The notes under the pieces are model-generated. The model did no database searches. It was not told where the DNA came from and saw nothing but the letters and a program-made list of their open reading frames with translations. A stretch of 63,999 nucleotides of DNA, the filler included, from Porpidia crustulata (taxonomy: Eukaryota), in the NCBI GenBank assembly GCA_964255105.1. It is 8 parts of 8 records of this genome, joined end to end, with 100 filler letters (N's around TTAATTAATTAA, not from the genome) between each part and the next. Parts side by side here need not be neighbours in the genome. Positions count along the whole stretch, not along the records: positions 32,170 to 40,100 come from CAXUWE010001211.1; positions 40,201 to 48,125 come from CAXUWE010001212.1; positions 48,226 to 56,138 come from CAXUWE010001213.1; 5 more parts are not named here. One strand, written 5' to 3'. Positions 37,580-51,467 of this stretch are shown in pieces. Made by a program: the position numbers and the translations under genes. Position 1 is the first letter of the stretch, and each line of letters begins with the position of its first letter.

Positions 37580-39394
37580 ATGAACGGTCAAATGGAGAAA
37601 ATCAACATTCAAGGCGTGGGGCAAGGCACGCAATCTTTACCGTCTCTCAGTTCCAAAGACGAGAAAGAATCTCAAGAGTACTCTCCACGTTCAAGCTCAC
37701 CATCAACAGCTCAGCCTGTTCGTAGTCCAGACAAAATAGAAGACGATGTGGAAGCCGCGAGAGTCACGACAAATTCTTCTTCAATTGCGCCAGCGCCAGT
37801 AAAAGTGCCGAGATCGCAACGGCGGGGACTCTTTGGACGATTTTCCATACTTGCTGAAGTAGAAGAACCGCATCACTATTCTCGAAGGACAAAATGGTAC
37901 ATCACTTTTGTAATAGCAATGGCAGCTGTGGCTGCTCCTCTTGGAAGTGCCATTATACTTCGTATGGCCACTCATCTCCAAGACTCCCGTGTTGCATATG
38001 CTGATTATGTAATTGCAGCTGCTCTTCCTGATGTAGCAAAGGAACTCAATACTACAGCAACGGTTACCAATCTCTCAGTGGCATTGTATATGCTGAGTAT
38101 GTCAATATTCCCTCTTTGGTGGTCATCTTTTTCCGAGACACTCGGCCGGCGGACAATCTATTTAACCTCATTCGCTTTATTTCTCCTATGGAACATTCTT
38201 GCGGCTGTTTCCACCAATATTGCTATGTTGATTATCATGCGAATACTTAGTGGAGGAGCTGCCGCAAGTGTTCAAGCAGTAGGGGCAGGTACGATTGCAG
38301 ATGTCTGGGAGGTCAAAGAAAGAGGGAAAGCTATGGGGATGTTCTATCTCGGACCGCTCTGCGGTCCCTTGCTGGCTCCAATCATAGGAGGTGCTTTGGC
38401 GCAAAGGTTGGGATGGCGTAGTACGCAATGGTTCCTTGCAGGCTATGGTGGAGTGCTATTGATCTTCCTATTCTTTGCGCTACCGGAAACGTTGAAGACC
38501 AGCAAACCTGTGTTGGATGAATCCGAGAACGTCAACTTGCCGACACAAGACAAGCTACCGGCGTTAAGCAGCATCAGCTCACGACAGGTCATCAAACGGA
38601 AGACGAAGAAATGGATGAAAATGGCCAAAAGGATACTCATTGATCCTCTTATGATCCTTGCATACCTAAGATTCCCGGCCGTCCTTTTGACCGTCTACTA
38701 TGCCAGCATTACCTTCGGCTCTCTTTACCTGCTCAACATCAGTCTCGAGACAACCTTTTCTAAACCGCCCTACAATTTTTCTGTTATCATCGTTGGATTG
38801 ACTTACATCCCCAATTCGACCGGCTATTTTATTACTAGTTTATTCGGTGGCAAATGGACTGATACCATAATGGCTCGCGAAGCTAAGAGGGCAGGAAGAT
38901 ATGACGAAAAGGGTAAACTGATATACCGTCCAGAAGATCGAATGCGAGAAAATGCTTGGATCGCCGCATTTCTGTATCCTGGTGCCTTAGTCTGGTATGG
39001 ATGGACTGCAGAAAAGGGTGTATTTTGGGCAGTACCGGTGAGCCTTATTTAAATCCAAAGGTGCTCCCTTCTGCTCTCAATCTGATACACTCAACAGCTT
39101 ATAGCCAACTTCTTCTTCGGCGTTGGCAGTATGCTGATCTTCGCCGTGGCCACGACCATGCTCACGGAATTCATGCCCAAAAAAGCCTCCTCTGGCGTTG
39201 CTGTCAATAACTTTGTCCGCAATATCTGTTCTTGTGTGGGTGCGATTGTCGCGGAGCCACTCATCGCTGCCATTGGTAATGGATGGTTGTTTACAGGTGT
39301 AGGGGTCATTGCAGCGGCGAGTAGCCTCGTTATATGGGCGATGAGAAAGTACGGGCCGAGATGGAGAGTGAAGATGGATAGAGAGCTAGTGTAG
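37580..39394 (+). CDS. MFS transporter, DHA1 family (Qdr/Dtr1-like); introns 37962-38018 and 39038-39098
   Basis: WSSFSETLGRR, GAGTIADVW..ERG.AMG, GPLLAPIIGG..LGWR, LPETL, PEDR, NNFVRN; about 12 hydrophobic segments. Confidence 0.93.
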
Positions 39395-40100
39395 GTATGG
39401 TTTCTGAGAGGTATGTGTGGAGTCATGAGCGTGTGGCGGAGGTACCATTGACTGCATTGCGTCGGCATTGAAGGGTTTGGGGGATCTCAGTGTCTTTTCA
39501 ATTGCGCGTTAAATCCAAAACTAAACGATCTTTGCTCTTCCTGTATCTTTTCAATTGGACTTAGCCGTGTTCTCATCATCATCTCACTCTCCGATTGCGA
39601 TTCGGTTTTTCATTCTTGTTGAACTGTATATTGTAAACATGACTGATCCACAACGTATACGCCGGATAATCACTCTCCAAATTTCAACAATCCACTCCCA
39701 TCTCATTCCTTTTTGATATTTCACATAGTATTCCAATATCTTATTCATCGTGTATTATAAACAAAATCAACTCCTTTGCACGACTTCCCATATTCTGTCG
39801 CTTACTTTCCTTAGTCTCGCCTCTCCAAGGCACAGCCTCATCCGTGGAACAGAAAATAGCTTCACAAGCGACATCGAAACACACCTGAGACGCCAACCTG
39901 AAATCCTTCCCGCAACACGCCCACTTATTGCGCACTGATATATACCAACGCCTTCCCTCCCAACCTCCCACCTGCTTTTTCAAAAATTCCAATTCTTCTC
40001 GTCCAACCCAACTCCACTCACCCATATCAACATGCCGTACTCCAGCGACAGGTATTCCAGCGACAACGGTAACTCATCCCCATTCTCCATCCCCAATCCC

Positions 40101-40200
40101 NNNNNNNNNNNNNNNNNNNNNNNNNNNNNNNNNNNNNNNNNNNNTTAATTAATTAANNNNNNNNNNNNNNNNNNNNNNNNNNNNNNNNNNNNNNNNNNNN
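40101..40200. other. Artificial contig spacer
   Basis: 44 N + TTAATTAATTAA + 44 N. Confidence 0.99.
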
Positions 40201-42049
40201 CCCTCTCTTCCCCCCCTTCAAATGAACTCAACCCCAACCATCAACCCCATCGCCACGGTGACAGACGTTACCAGGTCGGGTGGAAAGCGGTACATTCGAC
40301 GTCAGAGTAGAAGAATCCTATATGCAGATCCTTAGCTGCGCCTTCTCTCCTTTGGTGCTTTGTGGCAGAGTATTTCAGCAAAGCGTAATGGAGCTAGCTG
40401 CCTGGCCGATAGCGCTATAGACTATTCATATACTTCAGCTGTATCTTTTATGATACGACAGACGTAGTATGATATACGGACGAGGTGGTATGCGTGGTTG
40501 GGTTTGTGGATGTACTTGTTATGTTCGCGAGTAGAGTTCTTCATGGCTTTGCTCGTGTGATGTTCGGATATTTTCTCATAGCTGAGCTCGCTGGATTCGT
40601 GAGGATAGAAGTTCCACGGGTCATCCTACTAGCGGTTCATGTGCTTCATAATTTACTCCCTGGATTTTGCGACGTTGAGGACTTTGATCAGACTATCTAG
40701 AAGATCGTCCGACAGAGATGACAGCATTCGCAGTAGTCTTTGATCCAGTCAATCTATTGCACCACGGAGCTCTTCATACTTCTTGAGGATCATTGAAAGA
40801 TATTTTTAGCCCTTGAAGAGATCATGGAGCTGCATCTCGCCTCCAGTTCGACCACTCATCAGACGATAGATTACCCCTTTGAACAGCTACTGTCACTTAA
40901 GCTTTACGGCAATATAAAGCAGATCTCGGCGATTCTTGGAGCAATGATCAACCGCTTCTGAGACTTGGAGCTATTAGGCGTAGTGTTTCATTACTCCGTG
41001 CACACCACTGAGATTCCGCGACGGGAAGGCCCCAGCTAGATGGTAACTATCGTCACCACATCTGAGGGGTCTTTCTTGTTCGAAAGCCTGGTTTCGACAT
41101 CGTGGGCTGCTGAGGATATGCCTGTATCAGGCTCAACGGTCTCGTGCGTCGTAATGGCAAGGAGTAGCTATCTTGTAGCCGGAACAGTCCATTGCTGCTT
41201 CGAACGACGTGCCTCTCATAGCGCAAAGTTCCTCTCGAATTGACTTGCCATCCCTAATTCCTTCGTCGTATTCAAGCTGAAACTTCCACTTACACCGTCC
41301 TTTAGGCTCTTCAACACACTCAGGCTTACGCTAAAGAACGGCGGACCAGCAGTCATGACATTGCGGAGAATTCCCAAGCTGTCTTCTACGCCTAGAGAGG
41401 TTGGTCTCGAAGTGACCTTCAGTGATAACAGGGAAGCCATCCATAGTAGCCATCAGGGTAGCTTCATTACTAAGGCAGACGTTCTTGAAACCTCAGAGTC
41501 CGCTCAACGAATACCTAAAAATTGTGAATTGAACGTCATTTTGTCAAATTGTATACTCATAGATCCATGGCCAAGAAGTTTGTAAGGATTTAGATCCAGG
41601 AGGATTCTCGTTATAGATAGCTTCATGACACAGCTATTCGATACATGAAGTAGTAGTCGAACGTCGAGTAGTAGTGAACTACATGTCGAGTTATTGTTCA
41701 CTTCCATGGTTAATCCAATGAGGCATGCAAGCCATCGTTTCATCGTCGTTCCTATGGTGAAATCGTGAAGTTCCTGAAGGACGTCATGTAGTGTTTCATC
41801 ACCTTTGTTTTGATTGATGGACACAATCTCCTGTATTGCGGCTCATGTGTTCAGCTAATGCCCGAAACGCAGGCGAGATAGTGTCTTATTGTTGGGAGCC
41901 TTTCGCGCCAGACGATGTAGACAATTGCTGGTATGATTCACAACAACCTTCACTTGCTGGCTTGCTGAGGAATAAGTATGAGGCTTGTAGTGCTCTCTAT
42001 GAGAGATTGGTCCACCTACCCAAGGCCGGACAATGATCGTCAAGATCTA

Positions 42050-42971
42050 TCACCACCATGCAATGGGTCCAAGCCCTGATTGCATCATCGATGCCTGTTG
42101 GAATCAGTAAACCCATTCCACAGAGAACGAACCACTCACTGTAATCTGGTACGGACTTTTGCGCTCAAGATTAGAGGCAGCATCTCGCTCCAACGGAGCC
42201 ACTGGAGATAAGTCGTTCCAATGTTCTTGTTCGATACGAATCCGAACCCATTCGTTCTTGTCATAGTAGTATTCGTTCGAATCGTTGTTCCACACCCAGC
42301 ATTGCTCTTTAACGTTGCTAAACCACGGGTCAGAATCCACGTGGGACTATGTAATGGATCTGCACCTTACAAGAAGCTGTCTTCGAACAAAAGACTTGAT
42401 GGGACAAATATATCATCGAAGAAGTCAAGGCGTACTACAATGTCTTAGCCCCGTTTCCTGCTGCTAGACGCTAAAACATACTCTTCATGCCATGTTCGGA
42501 TGCACTGCTGATTTTTCCAAGGATGATCTCTCCCCTAAATGGCCGAAAGACAATGAGGCGGAATTCAACTAGTAGCGATTAGCTATTTGTTTTTTCTATG
42601 ATCTTTTTTGTTAGCACATAGCAGAAGCCCCATACCATTCACGTTTACGATACCAGTACCATGGCCGATCAAACCATCGGACGTTTTCAATATATCAAAT
42701 ACGCAGACGCACAAGCCAATCTTCTGGATGACCTATACGATGTCAATTGAAACCCTCCTTCTGACTAGATAATGAGGGAGTACCTTATTGGAGTATTTAG
42801 CGTTTACGTTGTCTTCAATACTTTCAATACTAGGCTTTTGAAAGTCCTCAGGAGAGATCTGGACAAGATCGGAGACGGTGGTCTGTGGGTCGTTAGGTCT
42901 TCCATGACTACACCTTTTGACGGCTCGGGTGGAGATTTTGTGACTTATTGCTGACATACAAGAATGAACAT
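42050..42971 (-). CDS. RPC25: RNA polymerase III subunit Rpc25/RPC8 (7 exons)
   Basis: Spliced: MFIL/TTVSDLVQISPEDF...NAKYSNK/VIQKIGLCVCVFD...DGLIGHG/VEFRLIVFRPFRGEI/LDFFDDIFVP/...WVW...VRIRIE/ASMMQSGLGPIAWW*; six canonical introns. Confidence 0.93.
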
Positions 42972-43519
42972 CCTTTGATGGCACGTCGTACTCTGTCCAA
43001 AATAGAATAATTGAATGATCTTAGAAAATCATTGGTGAGTTTTATCTTAGTAGCAACACAAGGGTGTGTCAAAAGTCATTGGAATAGATACTCAGAGACT
43101 GGTGGACCACTTAACAAAGAGAGCCCTATCAATTTAGTCCAATGACTTTTAACATTCCCTGGTGCAAGTCTTAATCTATCTGATCTAATCTAGAGCTAAG
43201 ATTAGTTCAAGTAAAACAAATACCCGCCCTAGGGTTAGGTCTCGCTTCTTTCAACCTAAATCATCCAATCACACCATCAAGTCCTGTAAATAAAGCCTCG
43301 TTCGCAACAAGTTTGGGACCCGGCTGTGACATCGTTCATTGACTTGACGAGTTCTATCTAGATAAGATGTGCCCGTTCACGCTTTTTCGTTTCCGTTCCT
43401 GAGAGTCTATAATATATGCTTATCCAAAGCAAACTTCGTACTCATTACCACCCTCTCGATGCCAGTTCCATGGCTAACACCTCTTCCAAACGCCCTCCAT
43501 ACCACCCAATCGGCTCCCT

Positions 43520-44959
43520 TTAGACATACCCATTTCCAGCCGTACCATTCCCGAAATTGATCTTCCCCCCCACAATCGCCTTCTCAAGCGCCTGCAACAC
43601 ATCCCTTTCCAAATCCTCGCCATCCTCGATCCCACAGCTCACCCGCACGAGGTCATCCCATACGCCGGCGGCCTCCCTCTGCTCCCTCGGGATCCCCGCA
43701 TGCGTCATGCTGCTCGGCACCTCCACGAGACTCTCCACGCCTCCCAGGCTCTCGGCCAGCGTGAATATGGTCGTGGCCTGGCAGAATCGCTCTGCTGTCT
43801 CGGGGCCACCTTTGAGACGAAACGATAACATGCCGCCGCCCATGCCGTCGCGGTGTTGTTTTTGGGCAATAGCGCGTTGGGGATGAGAGGCGAGGCCGGG
43901 GTAGTTGACCGCGATGATATGAGGGTGGGTGGAAAGGGTGTTGGCGATTATGGAAGCGTTGTGAGAGGCTTCGCGAGCGCGAAGGTGGAGGGTTTTGAGG
44001 CCCCGGTGAGCGAGGAAGCAGTCGAAAGGGGAAGGGACGGCGCCGATAGCATTTTGGAGGAAGGTTAGGCGGTCACGGATGGTGGGAGAATTGAAGGCTG
44101 CGGCGCCCATGAGGACGTCCTTTTTATATATTAGTTTGCTGTCTTGCATGGGAATTGCTAGGCGAGGGAAAATGTGAAAGTGGTATTACCGAGTGGCCGT
44201 TTATGTACTTTGTTACGGAGTGGATCACAATATCTGCACCGTGATCGAGGGGATTTTGGATATAGGGGCTCAGGAAGGTATTGTCGACGACGACCATGAT
44301 GCCGTGCTGGTGGGCAACTGTTGCAACTTTCCGTATATCGACTAGGCTCAGAGTCGGGTTACTAGGGCTTTCAATCCATATGAGTTTCGTCTCTTCTGGC
44401 CGGATCAAATCCGCAATATCAATTTCGATGCTTGGGGAGAAGGTGACTTGGACTCCATGTGCCGCTGCGACTTTTGTGAAATATCGATGGGTGCCACCAT
44501 AGACGTCGGATACGGAAATGACATGGGAGCCTTGGGCGAGCGATTGCAAGATCGTGGCTGTTGTGGCGGAACCTGAAGAAAAGGCCAGGGCGAAGCGAGC
44601 ATGTTCAAGGGCTGCGACGGCTTTCTCGAAATTGTCTCTGGAGCTGTTAGCAATCATCTGATACATCGCGAATCTCTTGATCTTACCTATTGGGGTTTGA
44701 GCTTCTTGTGTATTCGTATGCGCCTATTGGCTTGCCAATGCCCGTCTGCGCAAATGTTGTGGAGAGGGATATCTTAGAGAAGGTTAGAACGGCCAAGGCA
44801 CGTTTGAAAGAAACGAATTAGGCAGCTTACAGCTTCAATGACGGCACCAGTGGAAGGGTCGTGAGGACTACCAGCATGTACAGCTAACGTTCCGAAACGA
44901 TGTACTGGCGAAGACGCTCTTGGAGGGGTCTCAATGGACCCGTTCGCCGAAGGTGACAT
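43520..44959 (-). CDS. CYS3: Cystathionine gamma-lyase (Cys3/MecB)
   Basis: FGTLAVHAG, YEYTRSSNPNR, WIESPSNP, VDNTF, PLP-lysine motif HSVTKYINGHSD, AESLGGVESL. Confidence 0.96.
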
Positions 44960-45041
44960 GGTACCTGCAACCGGCCGGTTCTGAAATTATTTTTTATTGT
45001 AGTTTTACTATGGCCACGTTGGATTTGTATGAGTGATTAAA

Positions 45042-45048
45042 TGAGTCA
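45042..45048. promoter_or_regulatory. Candidate Gcn4/CpcA (cross-pathway control) element TGAGTCA upstream of CYS3
   Basis: Exact TGASTCA 83 nt upstream of the ATG of an amino-acid metabolism gene; function untested and it may lie in the 5' UTR. Confidence 0.45.
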
Positions 45049-45739
45049 GGATATATTTATTTGGGGCTGGAAATAGCTTAAACAAGGTCCTTTATATGTT
45101 TTCGAATTCCAAATCCAAAATTGCCTCAGCTCACATTACCAATTCATTTCCGTGCCAATAAACAATGACGCGATCTGGATATATATATTTAGGACGACAA
45201 GGATCTGATTGATAAGATAAGATTAGGGTCTTCATAGCCCCTGTCCATCGAGAACCCTAACCCTGACGCCTGAGTATGTTGGTGAGTCCTAACCCTAATT
45301 GGCCAGAATAGAGAAAATCAGTAAGCTTTATCCCCGAAAGGTTTTCGTCCATAACAAATGATCTTCAAGTTCAGAATTCTGTTAAGTGTACCTAACTGGC
45401 GATGGCTCCAGGGCGCGAAGCTGGAATAAGGCACGTAAAGAACGCTCATTAGGGTGCTCAGATCGATTCGTGCCTCTATGGTGGTCAAAAAACCGAGCAA
45501 AGGTGATCAAGATGATCATAGAAGCCCCTCAAGAACTGGCATGACATGACAACCTCATGAAGGCGGGTGGGGGGGGCAGGAATAGGAACCCGATGAATCT
45601 GGCGACAGACGGGAGATGTGAAGTCCAAGAAATATATGCAAGCCGATGCACTACTATGTAATTAACAACGCCTATGATTGCGCTAAGAAGATGCCATGAA
45701 AAATGATACGTGGCTACTCATACAATCATCTCAGCCTCC

Positions 45740-48125
45740 CTATCCTCCATCCGATGCCGCTGACCCCTTGACCATGTTTTCGTTTCCCCCAGGCGCGGCC
45801 TGCAACACGCCCTTCTGCCCCAAATGCACAATCGCCGCCAGGACAGCCAGGTCCTCCTTCTCCTGCTCCTGTTCCACCAGCTGTGTCCCGAAATCAGTCA
45901 AAAAAAAATACCATGAGATATCAACATTTGAGCTCAACGCACCCTTTGATACAGCCCCTTCCTCTCCGTCCGCGCTTCCACTCTGGCCCCCTCATTCTTC
46001 TTTTTTGCGGCTTGGCTGCCTCGTTCCGGTAGCTCGTGCCGGAACATGCAATTATCGCCACGCGCGCAGCGGCCGCTTTTCAAAAAGTTGCGACAGATGG
46101 CTTTCTGCTTTGGCTTTTTAGGTGGAGGAACTTTTTTGGGTGCAGTGCGTGTGGACGGGGCGGTTTCGGGGGCATCATCGTCAGAGGAAGATCCACTAGA
46201 AGAGGTGGAGTCTTCCGAGTCGGAATTTGTCGAGATGGAGAGGTCGGAATCGTCAGAGGATGAGGCGGAGATGGAATTTTCGACCTTGCTATCGACTTCC
46301 GGTATAAGGCCAGCAGGAGAGGACTTGGAACGGTGGTTAGCTAGGTGGAGAACTTCGGTAGAGTTCAAAGGCTGTTGAAGCAGCTCCATATTTGGAGGTG
46401 AAGGCTGTGATGTGGGCGTCAGTGGAATGGGCACAACCATCTGCGTTTCCCTATTCCCCTCTCCTGTGCCACTCAGCGCAATGGTTGCCCTGGAAATATC
46501 CTCGATCTCCAATTTGACCTGCGAGACATTCTCGGCTTTGATGGGCGAGACATCTTCGGTTTTCATAGGGAATGCATCCTCAGACTTGATGTGAGCAGCT
46601 TCGTTCACGCTCGTACTGCCAACGTCTGCGCCGTCATCGATTGGCCTAGTCTCTGTGTCTACAGCGATTTTTATCGATGGAGAGTCATGCTCATTTGGGT
46701 TAGGTGTTACCCCAGACGCCTTGGCCTCTGCTCTAGCAATACGCCTCTCCTCTTTCTCAAGCTGTTTGCGGAGCTTCTCGACCTTAGATTTGGCTTTTGA
46801 GACCGCACGATTGGATTTAGCCTCATCGTATTCTTTTTCGGCTTGCCTTGTTTCATTTTCCTTGGCTTCTTTTGCGTCGGCACTACGTTTTGCTCTGACC
46901 TCCGACCTCTGCTTTTCTAAAGCCTTTCTACGTGCTTGATCCGCTGCTCGTTGCGCCTCTTGTTTATCGCTTTTGAGCTTTGCAGCATGTTCTCTACGCT
47001 CCTTGGTAGGGAACCGCTTCTTGCGTTCCTGGATAAATGCCGCTACTTCTGCAGAAGACTGAAGAGTTGCCGTTTGTCCCTTGTAGGTGAATTGTAACCT
47101 GTTGAAAGATGTCAGTGGAGTGGAGCAAGTCTAATATGGATTCCATATCTTACTGCAACTGTTCCGTGCTTGGCCCGCCAACGGCAGCTGCGAGCTTGCT
47201 TTCTTCATCCATATCATCTTCTTCCTCACTAGACTCATGGTCTTCTGTCCTAGGAGTCAGACCTAGCTGGTTGTGACGACGCTTCTTTTTCCGTTTCCTT
47301 CCATTTTCTTGGGGAATGGGCGGCTTGGTGGGCAGAGGAATGCCAAAACTAGGAACAGCAGGGGCCACTTGAGATTTCAGATTGTTTTTCTTCAATCCCC
47401 CGAATGCATCGGAATGCCCTCGTTTCTGCCCGCGGTGGCGCTGGCCTTGAAATGAGTTGGTGGTATCGCGCCGGGGAGGGTGGTTATTGCCTGGTGAATT
47501 CTGTCTATTGGGTTGCCTGTATCCTTCTCGTAAATCCGAAACGTATGGGCGTAGTCTATCTTGTACTGGCTGTAGGTACGCTTGAGCTACGACAGGCGAT
47601 CGATGCTGTCCACCTGGATAGTCTCTATCAAAGCCTAGCCGGATTGGTGGGCCCATAAGCACTGGTTGACCGTCTGATTTTCCACTGCCGCGGTCTGCAA
47701 TCCGCTTGTCCTGCTGGTCATGGGGAGGATAAGCAGCATTATCAGACGGTGGATGATTCGAATAAGGTGGTCTCTGAGTAGCGCTATTATAGTAAGGCTC
47801 AGGTCTCTGCTGTGTCGGATACGCTGGCCTGTTCGCATGGGACGGGAAGCCTTGGACACCGGCCGTAGGGTACTGGAAGGAAGCGTTGTTGTACCCTTGA
47901 TGCAGCTTCGGAGGATATTGAGGCTGCTGGACCGCGGGATATTCTGGCAGTGGATAGCCACCTGCCGCGCTGTAGCTTGATTGAGAATTATAACCATTGT
48001 TCCATGTTGGTGGACGTCCTCCAGAATGGGATTGGTAGCCACCAAAACCTCCGGTACTGCTTCCTCTTAAATCCTTTCGGCCTATTCCTCCTCCTCTTCC
48101 AAAGGAGCCACCACCTCCTCTTGTG
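45740..48125 (-). CDS. NUFIP1/Rsa1-like snoRNP assembly factor with CCCH zinc finger, 5' truncated
   Basis: NQLGLTP, exon LQFTYKGQTATLQSSAEVAAFIQERKKRFPT, CRNFLKSGRCARGDNCMFRH, GLYQR/LVEQE. Confidence 0.8.
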
Positions 48126-48225
48126 NNNNNNNNNNNNNNNNNNNNNNNNNNNNNNNNNNNNNNNNNNNNTTAATTAATTAANNNNNNNNNNNNNNNNNNN
48201 NNNNNNNNNNNNNNNNNNNNNNNNN
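48126..48225. other. Artificial contig spacer
   Basis: 44 N + TTAATTAATTAA + 44 N. Confidence 0.99.
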
Positions 48226-49153
48226 GAATAGATGTGTTTGGGGGAAAGAGTTGGAGATTATGTGATTCGAACCAGAGTTTTAGATGGCGATACGAAAAAA
48301 GGGGTAAAGGCAATGCAATGGGGAAGGATTGCGAGGAGGATTGACAAGGAGTTGGAGTTGAGGAAAGATCGATAGACTAGAGGGTTTACAGGGTATGCGG
48401 TATTCTTATGGTATTTGGGGCGCTTGCTTTTCTTAAAAATTGTAGCTTTAGCACTATGATAATTGCAATTCCATCCCCCACAGAATTTCTCTGCTACGTG
48501 CCCGTTGCATATAAGCGCCCCCCACATCCCACCCCCCCTCCCACCTCCAATCCTAAGCCAAAAAACTTTTGCCTCCTCCTAACAACCGGATATCCATTTA
48601 TTTCCTCCACCATCTATGTATGGCTTTTTTCACATATCACGTATCTTCGGCATATCTGTGGAAAATATGGCTCAAAAGAGGCATGAACTCAGCTACATTG
48701 TGCAGATTTCCCCATCTACTATCATATTCTTGGAGGATGGGGTTTTTTAATGGGTAGGGGGAAAGCGTGATGAGTATTATTATTGAAGGGGATGGTGTGG
48801 GATTGGAAAAGGGTTTGAATGGGAGGGAGTGATTGAATGATAGGGGTAGGTGATGGATTCAGTACGTGGATGTGGGGCGGCGTTGGGGTCGTTCAGATGT
48901 TGTAATGGTTTCGATCGAGGGGAAAAGGGTTTTCGATAGTTGATGTGTGGATTGGGGAGAAGTATCGAGGTGTTGAGGGGAGTGAGTGGGTCTTGCGGTG
49001 GTTGATATGATTAGCACTTGACATGGGTCTAATGAGAATTTTTAGCAAGCTTTAACGCACGCGTCTTTGATATTCACAAGATACGAGGCGCATCCATAGT
49101 GTATCTTGGAAACAACTCCCAGCTTTGCGCTTCTTGACTTCAGATATCTACTC

Positions 49154-50839
49154 CTAAGATCCCTTGATAACTTCCTTCAGCAACTTAATCTGCTCCATAA
49201 CAGCTGACTTGCTCGTCCCTCCAATTGCCGACTTCATCTCCACCGAGCGTTGATAGTCAAAAACGTCCAGGACGTCACGATCGAATCGTTGATCTACATC
49301 TTGCAGCTCTTCAAAGGATAATTCATCCATTGCTTTTTCTTGGTTTTCGGAGAGAGCGACGACTCGGCCGGCGATGTGGTGGGTTTCTCGGAAGGGGACG
49401 CCTGGTTTGGGGTTAGCGTTAGTTGAAACCCCTATCTCAGGCAAGTTTTGAGAATATCTTTACCTTTTCTTACGAGATATTCGGCGAGATCTGTGGCTAG
49501 CATATCGGGCGTTAGTGCGGCAAGCATCTTGTCCGGGTAGGTCGTTAAGGTTGATAACACGCGGCCTGCTATCAGAATACTGTCCTTGAGTGTCTTCACA
49601 TGTTCGAGTATTGGTTCCACGCTTTCTTGCAGATCTTTGTTGTATGTTGATGGTATTCCCTTGAGAGTCATCATGAGTCCCGTCATCTGGCCAAAGACCC
49701 TGCCGCATTTACCGCGGAGAAGCTCCAGGGAGTCACCTGCACTCTCTTAGTAAATTATACGCAAGGGAAAACAGAGATATTTACTATTCTTTTTCTGTGG
49801 CATCAGCGAGCTGCCAGTGGTGTAGGCATCTGCTAAACGAACAAAACCAAATTCTGCCGAACTATAGATAATGAGATCCTCGCTCCAACGCGAGATGTGT
49901 AGCATGAAGGTTGAACCCCATTGCATCGTCTCAAGTAGGTAATCACGATCTGCTACGGCGGCCATGCTATTGGGTACCAAGCTATCGAACCCCAATTCTT
50001 CCGACATCGCTAGCCGATCTATTGAGAAGGCGTTTCCTGAGATAGCACCACAACCAAGAGGACATTTGTTGACGCGCTTCATTACTTCTCGTAACCGTTC
50101 CAGGTCGGTAACAAAAGCTGTTCCGTAGCTTAGTAGCCAATGGCTCCAGCGAATTGGCTGGCTACTGGTCAGCGACATCTTCAATATATGGATTCCAAAC
50201 TAACCTGTGCCCGCTGGAGATGAGTATACCCTGGCATCACATGTTCAACGTCTTTCTCCGCTCGCTCAGCTACGACCTGGAGTAGTGTGACAAGATACTC
50301 CTCAATCTCGCGTAGCTCGGTACGTAGCCATAGCCTTAGATCAGTAGCGACCTGATCATTGCGACTCCTCCCACTACCCGACGCTTCATTCAGCACTCAA
50401 TCCTCTGTAGCTGGTGGTATATTACTCGTACGTATGAAGTTTCCCGGTAATCTGCGTTCCAATGATCTCTCCTAATCTGCGTTCATTTGCGGTATGGATG
50501 TCCTCGTCAATTTCAGGCTTGATTTCAAATTTGTCGGTTTGCCATTCTTCCAGGACTTGGTGGAAACCTTTCTCTATCGTTGCAAACTCGTCCTTGGTGA
50601 GGATACCAGTCTTGATGTTGGCCCGAGCAAAGGTAATAGAGCCAGCGATATCTTGAGCATAGAAGGCGCGGTCGAAGTATATGGACTGGTTGTATTTGAT
50701 CATCAATGGATCGGTGACGCCTGGGAAGTATTATGTTAGAATTGGGCTGCCTTTCCGCGACGCAGGGAAATTTACCCGTAAATCTACCACCCCATAGCTT
50801 GCCGGAGGTGCTGCTGGTTGCAGCTTGCTGAGATGCCAT
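49154..50839 (-). CDS. ARG4: Argininosuccinate lyase (6 exons)
   Basis: [59 protein letters not shown]. Confidence 0.98.
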
Positions 50840-51467
50840 CGACCCGTCAAGAATTCTCTTTTGTATAAGATTTCGATCGTACTGCCAGTATCACCATAGG
50901 CTGGACATTAGAAGGACCCAGGATTCTGGCGGACAAACAGACAAATGCTCAAACTATACTTTCATAGGAAAAATACGGATGATACGGGTTTGTTATTTTA
51001 GCGTTGTCACTTGTAATCAACTAGAAGTAATACCAGATCAACAATTTGGTTTGCCATTCCCCCGCGGAAACCATTACTAGAACTGCTTCCTTCTCCTATC
51101 TTAACATAGTTTGGAATGAACTCTTCAAAGCATCAGATCTAGCTCAGCTTGAATGTAAAGATAGCTGGATTGAAGGTAAAAGACTTTTGGTTTCGATATT
51201 CGCATCTTGGTCGAAGGTTGTCGACAAATAATACAAGAAATAAAGCATTCAGTCGGTGCCAATGGGACTCGAAAGTATGGTAAAATTGTGATAATTTATC
51301 TACGACAAGGCTAAGGCTACAAACGTAAAGCTCGCCGGTATCTCTGACCTGCTTGGAGCATCAAGTACGCAACACGACCCAGGCAGCGGCCGAAACCTCT
51401 AGCTACACCACGTGGACAATTTGATATAAGAGCCATTTTCCAACGAATGTAATCGTGGCCAGCATCA

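Noticed and set aside
42050..42971. RPC25 as a fragmented pseudogene
   Set aside because: Six canonical introns restore a complete uninterrupted frame.
48226..49100. Alternating G-rich and C-rich low-complexity tract as a structured RNA or element
   Set aside because: No exact inverted or tandem repeat and no recognisable RNA motif.
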